A stretch of 64,000 bases of DNA, from assembly GCA_964517435.1 (NCBI GenBank), contig CAZFEC010000001.1, positions 7,518 through 71,517 of the forward strand. Reading direction: 5' to 3'. Of this stretch, positions 10,615 through 19,502 are shown piece by piece (positions within the stretch are counted from its first letter, which is position 1; every line of letters begins with the position of its first letter). The DNA is from an uncultured Bacteroidia bacterium (GTDB taxonomy: Bacteria > CAIWAD01 > BS150m-G50). Both the position numbers and the translations under genes were made by a program. Below the pieces are notes generated by a model, which saw only the letters and a list, made by a program, of their open reading frames with translations, made no database searches and had not been told where the DNA came from.

Positions 10615-13278
10615 CTATTTGAACGGAATCTTGACGGTGACGACGGTTCCCTTATCCAGCTCGCTGTCGATATGGAGGCTGCCGCCGGTACGTTGAATGA
10701 TTGTATGGGTGAGGGAAAGGCCGAGGCCGGTCCCCTCGCCGGGTGATTTCGTGGTAAAAAACGGATTGAAAACGCTGCTGATCTCTTCCGGCGAGATGCC
10801 GACGCCGGTGTCGCCGAACTTGATATTGACCATGCTGTCGACGACGCTGGTCGAGATGGAGAGCGTGCCGCCGCTCGGCATCGCCTGGGTGGAATTGAGG
10901 ATGATGTTGAGAAACGCCTGTTTCAGCTGGTCCAGGTTCAACATCAGCGGCTTGAGCCGGGCGAAATCGGTTTCGAGGGAAATGTCATTGACCAGCAGCT
11001 CTTTCTGCACCAGGTCGAGCGTATTCTGCAGCAGCTGGTTGATGTCGACCGGTTCCACCTCCGCTTTGGAGATGCGGGAGAAGCTGAGCAGGTTCTCGAT
11101 GATGCGGCGGGAACGCTCCACCTCCGACTTGATGATGCCCAGATGCTTGCGGATGCTGTCGTTGAAGTTGAGTTCGTCCCGTTCCACACAGCTGTTGATG
11201 TAGTAAAGCGAGGAGTTGATGATCCCAAGCGGGTTGCGCAGCTCATGCGCTACGCCCGCGGACAGCTGTCCCAGCCCCGCCAGCTTCTGGCTCTGGATGA
11301 CGGAAAACTCCATCCGCTGCCGCTCGCTGATGTCGCGGTAGAAACTCTGCAGTACCTGCCGCCCCTGGAACTGGGTGACCAGGGCATCATACTCCACCAG
11401 GATCTTGCGACCCTCGGCATGCAGAATCGGAATGTTGTCGTACTTGCCGGCACCGCTCTTCACCGCCTCCTTGAAATTGCGTATCGCCGCATCCCGGTAG
11501 TCATCCGGACGCAGGTCCCAGATACACATCGCCAGCATCTGCTCCCGTGAATAGCCGAACAGCTCCAGCGTGTGCTGGTTGACATCGACGATGCGGCCTT
11601 CCTTCACGTCGGTGAGGATGATGGCGTGGCGGGAGTTATCGAACAGGTTCCGGTAGTTCTGTTCCGTCTGCAGGATCTCGCGGCGCAGCTCCACCTCTTC
11701 AAGGTAGGCGGCGATCTGACCGGCGAAGAGACTGAGCAGATCGATCAGAGCCGAATCCGGCATCAGGCGCCCGCGGGGGTGGTCCAGCAGCAGGAAACCG
11801 GCCGTCTTCCGCGGCTGCCGCAGCGGCAGCACCAGGTGGTGCTGATCGGTCCAGATGAAGTCAGCCAGCGGCACCAGGCCCTCCCGTTCGTGTATCACGA
11901 AGGCGTCCTTTTGCCGGCCGCTGCTCTCAGCGATCTGCAACAGTTGCGGAAGGTTGATGTTCTTGAGCAGCAGGTCCAGTTCTTCCTCGCCGAGACCGGC
12001 GGCATAACGCTCGCGGATGCCGTCCTCGTCGCGCAGCAGGATGACGGCCCGCTGAAAGGAATGGGACTGGACGATTTTGGCGGCGATCACGCGCAGTTTG
12101 TCGTGGGAGGTATCTTCCTCCTGCATCAGGCTGGTGGTATCGACGATCATCGAGAGCTTCTGGCGCGTGAAGGCCAGCTCGCTGCGCTGCCGTTCGATCT
12201 CCGTTTCCAGATCCTTGCGGTAGCTGACGTCGTCGATCTCCATTGCGAAGATCTTCCCATCTTCGGTACGCTTGAACTGGATATCGGCCCAGAAGGAGTC
12301 GTGATCGGGCAACAGGATGCGCGCGTGGAGTGCATCCTCCAGCTGTTCCTCGACGGCGACGGCGGTCAGGTGCCGGGTTTCATCGCCCAGCAGATGGGTC
12401 AATGGTTGACCGATCAGCTCCGCCGGTTGGAGGTCCACCAGCTGTGCCGTCTGTGGCGACACGAAGCGGATCCGGTAGTCGGCGTCGACATGGAGCACGA
12501 GTTTACGGTGAGAATGCCGGGCCGCGACCTCCCCCTCCAGCGGCAGGGAGGTGGGGAGGGTCGACAGGGTGGTGGCGGGCGTGAACCAGGCGGAAAAAAG
12601 CTCTTCCTCCGGGTGGAAGCTGAAATTGCAGATCCATTCTCCGTCGCCGCTCCCCGGGGGCGGCACAACCAGAATAGTGCCGCCGTTCTGCGTCGCAACC
12701 AGCTCGGACCAGTCATCCTGCAGGGGCGGCAAGCTGGTGAAGAGATTGTCGGCTTCTTCCGGCAGCATTTGCCGCAACGCGGGTGAGCACTCCCAGATGT
12801 CACCCGCCTCATTGAAGACCGCCGCCAGCCCCCAGTGGTTGAGCATCACGCCGGTCGCCGTCTTCTCCACTTCACCCTGGTTGCGGACATTGGTCACCAG
12901 TTGAAAACGGGCTTCCGCTTTCTGCAGCGAGGTCTTGAGCACCTCCAGCAGGAACGGTTTCTGCAGGAAATCGACCGCGCCGCAGCGCAGGGCCTGCAGC
13001 ACCGATTCCATGGTGCCGTACCCGGTGGCGACGATGATCTGGATGATGGGGTATTGCTTCTGGAGGATGTCGATAACATCGATACCGGAAATGCCCGGCA
13101 TGTTGAGATCGGTAATGACCAGATCGATCGGCAGGTTGTCCTTCAACATCTGGACCGCCTTCATCCCGTCGCTGGCGGTTTCGACATGATAGCCTTCGCT
13201 GGTCAGGAATTCGGAGAGGACGTGACGGGCATCGGCTTCGTCATCGATAACCAGCACATTCTTCAGATGCGGCATCAA
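10615..13278 (-). CDS. Hybrid sensor histidine kinase (N-terminal REC, PAS/GAF sensor modules, HisKA, HATPase_c)
   Basis: N-terminal receiver (VIDDEADARHV...DLVITDLNMPG), central PAS/GAF region, H-box AHELRNPLGII, and G-box GTGLGLSLTHTII. The TTG at 13278 is in frame with an ATG at 13275, which is preceded by a GGGAGCAGG ribosome-binding site. Confidence 0.85.
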   Translation of the reverse strand: MMPHLKNVLVIDDEADARHVLSEFLTSEGYHVETASDGMKAVQMLKDNLPIDLVITDLNMPGISGIDVIDILQKQYPIIQIIVATGYGTMESVLQALRCGAVDFLQKPFLLEVLKTSLQKAEARFQLVTNVRNQGEVEKTATGVMLNHWGLAAVFNEAGDIWECSPALRQMLPEEADNLFTSLPPLQDDWSELVATQNGGTILVVPPPGSGDGEWICNFSFHPEEELFSAWFTPATTLSTLPTSLPLEGEVAARHSHRKLVLHVDADYRIRFVSPQTAQLVDLQPAELIGQPLTHLLGDETRHLTAVAVEEQLEDALHARILLPDHDSFWADIQFKRTEDGKIFAMEIDDVSYRKDLETEIERQRSELAFTRQKLSMIVDTTSLMQEEDTSHDKLRVIAAKIVQSHSFQRAVILLRDEDGIRERYAAGLGEEELDLLLKNINLPQLLQIAESSGRQKDAFVIHEREGLVPLADFIWTDQHHLVLPLRQPRKTAGFLLLDHPRGRLMPDSALIDLLSLFAGQIAAYLEEVELRREILQTEQNYRNLFDNSRHAIILTDVKEGRIVDVNQHTLELFGYSREQMLAMCIWDLRPDDYRDAAIRNFKEAVKSGAGKYDNIPILHAEGRKILVEYDALVTQFQGRQVLQSFYRDISERQRMEFSVIQSQKLAGLGQLSAGVAHELRNPLGIINSSLYYINSCVERDELNFNDSIRKHLGIIKSEVERSRRIIENLLSFSRISKAEVEPVDINQLLQNTLDLVQKELLVNDISLETDFARLKPLMLNLDQLKQAFLNIILNSTQAMPSGGTLSISTSVVDSMVNIKFGDTGVGISPEEISSVFNPFFTTKSPGEGTGLGLSLTHTIIQRTGGSLHIDSELDKGTVVTVKIPFK

Positions 13279-13301
13279 CCTGCTCCCTCAAGTGTGCAGA
13301 A

Positions 13302-13330
13302 AATATACACCGGCGTGCGAGAGTTGACAA
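13302..13330 (-). promoter_or_regulatory. Sigma-70-type promoter for the kinase/EBP/GGDEF operon
   Basis: On the minus strand: TTGTCA (13330..13325), a 17-nt spacer, then TATATT (13307..13302), about 30 nt upstream of the RBS and start codon. Upstream direct repeats CGACAACTTG (13331..13340 and 13370..13379) and the imperfect palindrome ACAAC-ttgcc-GTTGT look like regulator sites. Confidence 0.4.
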
Positions 13331-13684
13331 CGACAACTTGCCGTTGTGTTCAATTTCCGACAGAAGTATCGACAACTTGAGTGCCGGAATTTAGACAATC
13401 GGAGAGATTATATAAGAAATAGTCTGGGAATATAGTGATGCTCACCTGAAATGTCCGTTTGAAACACCAATAGGAAGCATCACTTGTACGACCGAAGAGC
13501 TGGTGGTGATGCAAAAACTACCTACTGAGGTCTGCGGTCGCTTCAGGTTAGTATTTCCCGAAACAGGTAGCCTGTTCAGACATTTGAGCTGGGAAATACA
13601 ATAGATGGATGCGTACTGAGGTAAGGCGGTTACATTTGGAAACGCAAAGCCGGATGGGTATTGTGACTGTAAAAAGGAGCCGCA

Positions 13685-15136
13685 GTGACAGCCAAGATCA
13701 TCGTTGTATCCGCATATGCCCTGATGATAATCGTGGTTGGTTATCTCGGTTTGCGGCGCACCCGCACCTTCAACGACTTCTTTCTGGGCGGTGGCAACAT
13801 CGGTCCCTGGATGACGGCGTTCACCTATGGAACCGCTTATTTCTCCGCCGTACTGTTCATCGGTTTCGCCGGCAAGGTGGGTTGGGGATTCGGTCTGGCC
13901 GGTCTCTGGATTGCCGTCGGTAACACCCTGGTCGGCGTACTGGGCGTCTGGTGGTTGATCGGCCCCCGCGTCAAGCGGATGGCCACGGAATACGAAGTCA
14001 CCACGATGTCTGAATTTTTCGAACGACGCTATGGGAGCCGCTTTTTCAAACTGCTGGCGGCGATCATCATCTTCGTATTCTTCGTTCCCTATTCCGCGGC
14101 GGTCTTCATGGGGCTCTCCTATCTCTTCACCGCCAACTTCGGGATCGGCTACAGCGCCGCGCTGCTCTTCATGGGCGGCTTCACCGCCGTCTATCTGGTG
14201 ATGGGGGGCTACAAGTCGATGGCGATGATCGACGTCATCTTCGGTATGATCATGTGCGCCGGCGTACTCCTGCTGCTGGGCAGCGTCCTGCAGGCGGGGG
14301 GCGGTTACAATCAGCTGCTGACCGACCTGCGCGCTGTCGATCCGCGACTCACCGGTTGGACCGGACCTCCCGGTTTCTGGCCACTGTTCAGTCTGGTCTT
14401 CCTGACCAGCGTGGCGCCGTTCGCCATGCCGCAACTGGTGCAGAAATTCTACGCCGTCCGCGACCGCCGGGCCATCCGCACCGGTATGATCGCTTCCACG
14501 CTGTTCGCCCTGCTGATCGGCGGTATCGGTTACTTCACCGGCGCTACCATCCGCGTCTTTCTCACACCGGAAGGCAATCCGGCTGCTTTTGAAGCCGGCC
14601 GGCCGTTGTTCGACGCCCTGATGCCGGAGCTGATCGCCACGGTGATACCTCCCTATCTCAGCATCCTTATCCTCCTGTTGATTCTCTCCGCTTCCATGTC
14701 GACCCTCGCGGCGCTGGTGTTGATCTCCAGCTCCGCCCTGACACGGGACTTCTATGCCGGGTTCATCAATCCCGCCGTCAGCGACAGCCGGTTGACCCTG
14801 CTGATGCGGCTGGCCAGCGCCGGTTTCATTCTGCTTTCCGTCCTGCTGGCCTACTACCGTCCCGATACGATCGTCACCATTCTGGGCATCTCCTGGGGCG
14901 CTATCGGGTCGGCATTTCTCGGACCATTTCTCTGGGGTCTGTTCACCCGCTTCAGCAATCGGACCGGCGCCCTGAGCGGCGCGCTGCTGTCGCTGGCGGT
15001 CTGCCTGCTGCTCTACTTCCGCGGGCTCTCCTCGCCGGAGGCGGGTACGATCGGGATGATGGTCTCGCTCGTTTCGGTACCGGTGATAAGCCTGCTCACT
15101 ACCGCCAGAAGGGTGAAGAAAGAGGATCTCTCGTAA
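13685..15136 (+). CDS. Sodium:solute symporter family (SSS/SSF) transporter
   Basis: About 13 TM helices; the N-terminal region has the SSF pattern (VGYLGLRRTRTFNDFFLGGGNIGPWMTAFTYGTAYFSAV). The antisense 582-aa track ORF is spurious. Confidence 0.85.
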   Translation: MTAKIIVVSAYALMIIVVGYLGLRRTRTFNDFFLGGGNIGPWMTAFTYGTAYFSAVLFIGFAGKVGWGFGLAGLWIAVGNTLVGVLGVWWLIGPRVKRMATEYEVTTMSEFFERRYGSRFFKLLAAIIIFVFFVPYSAAVFMGLSYLFTANFGIGYSAALLFMGGFTAVYLVMGGYKSMAMIDVIFGMIMCAGVLLLLGSVLQAGGGYNQLLTDLRAVDPRLTGWTGPPGFWPLFSLVFLTSVAPFAMPQLVQKFYAVRDRRAIRTGMIASTLFALLIGGIGYFTGATIRVFLTPEGNPAAFEAGRPLFDALMPELIATVIPPYLSILILLLILSASMSTLAALVLISSSALTRDFYAGFINPAVSDSRLTLLMRLASAGFILLSVLLAYYRPDTIVTILGISWGAIGSAFLGPFLWGLFTRFSNRTGALSGALLSLAVCLLLYFRGLSSPEAGTIGMMVSLVSVPVISLLTTARRVKKEDLS

Positions 15137-15323
15137 AGCACGCAGAGAAGAGTTTATTGTTAACAGCGATGTTGGCGTATTTTCAGTCAAGCTGTTATCC
15201 CGTAAGTACCATAAATCGAATTCTGCGTTCTTAGCGATCTTTGCGAGAGGATTTCTTCTTCATTGCCTCTTCGTCTACTCCTTTTATATTTCTGCTCCCC
15301 GAATCAAAATCAAGGAGCTGGCA

Positions 15324-17291
15324 ATGCCTCAGAATCTGATAGAGAAAATAGTTCAGCGTTTCGCCGTGGGTCTGGCGGATGGTCAACTGGTACACAGCGG
15401 CGACTACCTTTCCCTGCGTCCGGCGCATGTGCTGACTCATGACAATACCGGCGCGGTCATCCCGAAGTTCCGCTCCATCGGTGCCGCCCGCATGGCGAAT
15501 CCCCGCCAGCCGGTTTTCGCCCTCGACCACAATGTGCAGGACGACGGTGAAGCCAACCTGGCCAAATACGAACGCATCGCCGCTTTTGCCTCCGAAATGG
15601 GCGTCGATTTTTATCCGGCCGGCCGCGGTATCGGCCACCAGATCATGTGCGAAGAGGGCTACGCCTGGCCCGGCACGATGGTGGTCGCCTCCGACAGCCA
15701 TTCCAACATGTACGGCGGTCTGGGCTGCCTCGGCACGCCTATCGTGCGTACCGACGCCGCGGCGATCTGGGCGACCGGACGCACCTGGTGGCAGATCCCA
15801 CCGGTGGCGCGCGTCAAGTTGCGCGGTCGTCTCACCGGCTGTGCCAGCGGTAAGGATGTGATTCTGGCGCTCTGTGGCCTGTTCAACGAGGACCAGGTGC
15901 TGAACCAGGCGCTGGAGTTCACCGGTGAAGGGCTGGCGGATCTCTCGCTCGAACAACGGCTGACCATCGCCAACATGACGACGGAGTGGGGCACCCTGGC
16001 GGGGATCTTCCCGGTCGACGCGGTGACGCTCAACTGGTTACGGGAACGGATTGAAGCCGTGGCGATGCGTGGTCCGGCGGGCGTTCCTTCCGACGCGGAT
16101 AATCCCGACGCGCATCCCCGGCTGAACCGCCGGCACCTGGAAGAGCTGGCGGCGGATCGTCTGGAGGCGGATCCGGACGCGGTCTACACGCAGGAGCTGG
16201 AGCTGGATCTGGCTTCGGTCCGGCCGCTGGTGGCGGGACCGCACCATGTGAAAACCGTAACACCGGTCGCGGCTTTCAGCGCGGAGCGGGTGAAGATCAA
16301 CAAAGCCTATCTCGTCTCCTGCGTCAACAGTCGGGGAGAGGATATCGTCGCCGCCGCTGACAAGATACGCGGCAAACAGGTTGCGCCCGGTGTCGAATTC
16401 TACATTGCAGCCGCCTCCGACGAAATTCAGGCGGCGGCTGAACTGAGCGGTGACTGGCAGGCCCTGCTGGACGCCGGCGCCATCGCCCTGCCGCCGGGGT
16501 GCGGCCCCTGTATTGGTCTGGGCCGGGGCCTGCTGGGTCCGGACGAAGTCGGTATTTCCGCTACCAACCGCAACTTCAAGGGCCGCATGGGCGATGCTTC
16601 CGCGCTGGCTTACCTGGCCTCGCCGGCTGTAGTGGCGGCTTCCGCCGCCGCCGGTTACATCGACTGTCCGGACGCAGAGAGCGGCGAACCACAGGGTGAG
16701 ATCCGCAGGTTCGAACCGCCCACAGCCGCTGCCGACGCGACGGAGCTGCTGCCGAACTTCCCGGTCAGAATCGATGCCGAGCTGCTTTTCTGTCCGCAGG
16801 ACAACCTCAACACCGACGGGATCTACCCCGGCAAGTATACCTACCAGGACGACATCACCCCGGAGCAACAGGCGGAGGTGGTGATGGAGAACTACGATCC
16901 CGCCTTCGGGCAGACGGTGAAGACCGGCGACATCCTGGTCGGCGGTTTCAACTTCGGTACCGGCAGTTCGCGTGAACAGGCCGCCACGGCCCTCAAGCAT
17001 CGCGGCATCCGTCTTGTAATCGCCGGCTCCTTCAGCGAGACCTACAAACGTAACGCGCTCAATAACGGACTGCTCGTTATCGAAGCGCCGCGGCTGGTGG
17101 CCGACCTGAAGGAACGCTGCGGCGAAGAGCAGCTGACGCTGCGCACCGGTCTGAGCGCGCGGGTCGACTTCCAGCGCGCCCTGATCGAAGTTGAGGAGGA
17201 CGTATACCCCTTCGCGGCGGTAGGCGTGGCGGCGCAGGAGTTGATCCTCCTGGGCGGACTGGAAAACTGGGTGAAAGAAAAACTGGATTGA
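15324..17291 (+). CDS. Aconitase-family Fe-S hydro-lyase with fused large (LeuC-like) and small (LeuD-like swivel) subunits
   Basis: Aconitase-family cluster-ligand motifs VASDSHSNMYGG, SCVNSRGEDI and GCGPCIGLG. The C-terminal LeuD-like swivel domain has GDILVGGFNFGTGSSREQAA. Substrate is not assignable from sequence. Confidence 0.8.
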   Translation: MPQNLIEKIVQRFAVGLADGQLVHSGDYLSLRPAHVLTHDNTGAVIPKFRSIGAARMANPRQPVFALDHNVQDDGEANLAKYERIAAFASEMGVDFYPAGRGIGHQIMCEEGYAWPGTMVVASDSHSNMYGGLGCLGTPIVRTDAAAIWATGRTWWQIPPVARVKLRGRLTGCASGKDVILALCGLFNEDQVLNQALEFTGEGLADLSLEQRLTIANMTTEWGTLAGIFPVDAVTLNWLRERIEAVAMRGPAGVPSDADNPDAHPRLNRRHLEELAADRLEADPDAVYTQELELDLASVRPLVAGPHHVKTVTPVAAFSAERVKINKAYLVSCVNSRGEDIVAAADKIRGKQVAPGVEFYIAAASDEIQAAAELSGDWQALLDAGAIALPPGCGPCIGLGRGLLGPDEVGISATNRNFKGRMGDASALAYLASPAVVAASAAAGYIDCPDAESGEPQGEIRRFEPPTAAADATELLPNFPVRIDAELLFCPQDNLNTDGIYPGKYTYQDDITPEQQAEVVMENYDPAFGQTVKTGDILVGGFNFGTGSSREQAATALKHRGIRLVIAGSFSETYKRNALNNGLLVIEAPRLVADLKERCGEEQLTLRTGLSARVDFQRALIEVEEDVYPFAAVGVAAQELILLGGLENWVKEKLD

Positions 17292-17324
17292 CGATTACAT
17301 CGAATTAACGCAGAGGACTATAGA

Positions 17325-18692
17325 ATGGAAAAGTCGATTTCTAGGAAGATGGCTGAGTTCGCGGTGGCGTTGAAGTATGAAGATCTGCCGTCCGCGGTGG
17401 TTGCAGAGGTCAAGCGTTATCTCTACGATTCCATTGGTTGCGCCTACGGTTCGATGGGCACCAGTGATGTCGGTATCATGCACCGGATTCTGGGGGAGAT
17501 GGGTGGCGCGCCGGAGGCGACCATTATCGGTTTCGGCGATAAATTGCCGGTGGTGAATGCGACGTTGCTGAACTCGCTGATGATCCGCGCCCTCGACTAC
17601 AACGACATCTACTGGAAGGAAGATCCCTCCCATCCCTCCGATATCATTCCGGCAGCGCTCTGCACCGGGGAGAAGGTGGGCGCCGACATGCAGGCGGTCA
17701 TCACTGCGATCGTGCTGGCCTATGAGTTCGAGCAGCGCCTCTGTGAATTCGCCAAGCCGGGCGTCCGGGAGCGCAAATGGCATCACGCCACCCTGACGCA
17801 GTTCGTCTCGCCGCTGGTGGCCGGCAAAATGCTGGGGCTGACAGTCGACCAGCTGGTGAATGCGATCGGCATCAACGGATCGCACAACCACACCATCGGC
17901 TGTCCCACAGCGGGCAAGCTGACCATGATGAAGAACACCGTCGATCCGATGGCGGTGCAGAGCGGGGTTTTCGCCGCCCTGATGGCCCAGCAGGGCTACA
18001 GCGGTACGGAACAGGTCTTCGAGGGCAAAGAGGGATTCATGGATGTCTTCGGACCCGACTGGGACACCAGCCTGCTCACCGAGGGATTGGGGGACGATTA
18101 CCGCATTCTGCAATGCAGCATGAAGGCCTTCCCGACCGAGGCGCTGACGCACACTCACCTGACCGCCACCCTCAAAGTGATCTGCGATCACGACATCGCG
18201 CCGGAGGATATCGAGGAAGTGCGGGTAACGACCATCGCCCGGGCGGTGGACATTCTATTCGATCCCCAGAAGTACCGTCCAGAGTCGCGGGAGACCGCCG
18301 ATCATTCGCTGCCGTACTGCCTGGCGGCGGCTATCGTCGATCGCCAGATCACTACCGCATCCTTCTCCGATGCCAAGCTGAAGGATGAGCGGATCTGGCA
18401 GGTCATCGACCGCATCAAGGGTGAGGCTTCGGTCGAGTTCGAGCAGATGTTCCCCGCCAAGCAGCCCTCGCGGGTGGTGATCCGGACTATGGACGGCGCG
18501 GAGCATGAACAGTATCTCGAGTATCCCAAGGGGGACCCGCGCGAACCGATGACCCTGGAAGACCTGGAGCAGAAGTTCAACGCCCTGGCGGACGAGCACT
18601 TCGATCCTGAACGCCTGCGGCGCCTGAAGGAGACAATCTTCGACTGTGATACGCTGACGGTCGCTGACTTCATGGCAGAGCTGGTTAAATAG
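17325..18692 (+). CDS. MmgE/PrpD-family protein (2-methylcitrate dehydratase / cis-aconitate decarboxylase superfamily)
   Basis: Full-length (455 aa) match to the MmgE/PrpD fold (LYDSIGCAYGS, LDYNDIYW, SDIIPAALCTGEK). It lies 33 nt downstream of the aconitase-family gene on the same strand. Confidence 0.85.
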   Translation: MEKSISRKMAEFAVALKYEDLPSAVVAEVKRYLYDSIGCAYGSMGTSDVGIMHRILGEMGGAPEATIIGFGDKLPVVNATLLNSLMIRALDYNDIYWKEDPSHPSDIIPAALCTGEKVGADMQAVITAIVLAYEFEQRLCEFAKPGVRERKWHHATLTQFVSPLVAGKMLGLTVDQLVNAIGINGSHNHTIGCPTAGKLTMMKNTVDPMAVQSGVFAALMAQQGYSGTEQVFEGKEGFMDVFGPDWDTSLLTEGLGDDYRILQCSMKAFPTEALTHTHLTATLKVICDHDIAPEDIEEVRVTTIARAVDILFDPQKYRPESRETADHSLPYCLAAAIVDRQITTASFSDAKLKDERIWQVIDRIKGEASVEFEQMFPAKQPSRVVIRTMDGAEHEQYLEYPKGDPREPMTLEDLEQKFNALADEHFDPERLRRLKETIFDCDTLTVADFMAELVK

Positions 18693-18749
18693 AAGCAGGA
18701 GACAGGAGTCGGTATCGGCATCAGGATCGGTATCGATAATGTTCGTCAA

Positions 18750-19502
18750 TTGACCAGGCAATCGATTACCGACATAATCTGCGGCCGCAACGCCGTGCGG
18801 GAGGCTCTGCAGACCGGCACACCGTGTGAGCGGCTGCTGGTGCAGAAGGGCGCTCAATCCGCACCGGTAAAGGTGATTCTCAGCCTGGCGCGGGAGTCGC
18901 AGCTACCGGTCGAATACCTGCCGGCGGCCGCGCTGAAACGTATCACACAGGTAAACTCTCACCAGGGCGTCGCCCTCCAGATCGCCGCCGCGCCGTATTA
19001 TCCCTCCGAGCAGCTCTCCGAGCTGTGCGAGCAGCCGGGACTGCTGCTCTACCTGGACCGGATTCAGGACCCGCAGAATCTGGGCGCCATCCTGCGCTCC
19101 GCCTGTGCCTACGGCGTGCGCGCCGTTATGCTGCCGTTTCGCAAGGCGGTCGGTCTGACCGCCACTGTCGTCAAGGTCAGTCAGGGGGCCGCCCTCCAGC
19201 TGCCTGTGATACGCCTGCGTTCGCCGCTAACCCGGCTGGCGGAGTTGCGTGACGCCGGTTACCGGCTCTACGGTCTGGACAGCCGCGGCTCCGTTCAGTT
19301 GCCACAGGCGTCATTTCCTTCCCGTTGTGTACTGCTGCTGGGCAGCGAAAGCAGCGGCCTCTCCACGCAGCTGAAGAACCTCTGTGATACACTTCTCACC
19401 ATTCCGATGCCGGGCGGCTTCGAGTCGTTGAATGTTTCCGCCGCGGCGGCGATCGCGCTTTATGAATACGCCCGTCAAGCCGGAGGATCCGCGGATGAAT
19501 GA
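18750..19502 (+). CDS. rlmB: 23S rRNA (guanosine-2'-O)-methyltransferase, SpoU/TrmH family (RlmB-like)
   Basis: N-terminal L30e-like substrate-binding region followed by the SPOUT fold (LYLDRIQDPQNLGAILRSACAYGV; LLLGSESSGLS; ESLNVSAAAAIALYE). Confidence 0.8.
   Translation: MTRQSITDIICGRNAVREALQTGTPCERLLVQKGAQSAPVKVILSLARESQLPVEYLPAAALKRITQVNSHQGVALQIAAAPYYPSEQLSELCEQPGLLLYLDRIQDPQNLGAILRSACAYGVRAVMLPFRKAVGLTATVVKVSQGAALQLPVIRLRSPLTRLAELRDAGYRLYGLDSRGSVQLPQASFPSRCVLLLGSESSGLSTQLKNLCDTLLTIPMPGGFESLNVSAAAAIALYEYARQAGGSADE

Noticed and set aside
13380-13684. Sigma-54 promoter upstream of the SSS transporter / hydratase cluster
   Set aside because: The best candidate is tGGGaatatagtgaTGCt (~13425..13442). 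It has the right GG-to-GC spacing but poor -24 (GGGAAT vs TGGCAC) and -12 (ATGC vs TTGC) hexamers, and sits more than 230 nt from the start codon. It is too weak to call without TSS data.
13442-15190. 582-aa minus-strand ORF overlapping the SSS transporter gene
   Set aside because: Entirely antisense to a well-supported 13-TM transporter gene. The translation is Arg/Gly/Gln/Asp-rich low-complexity sequence typical of high-GC antisense frames and has no domain signal.
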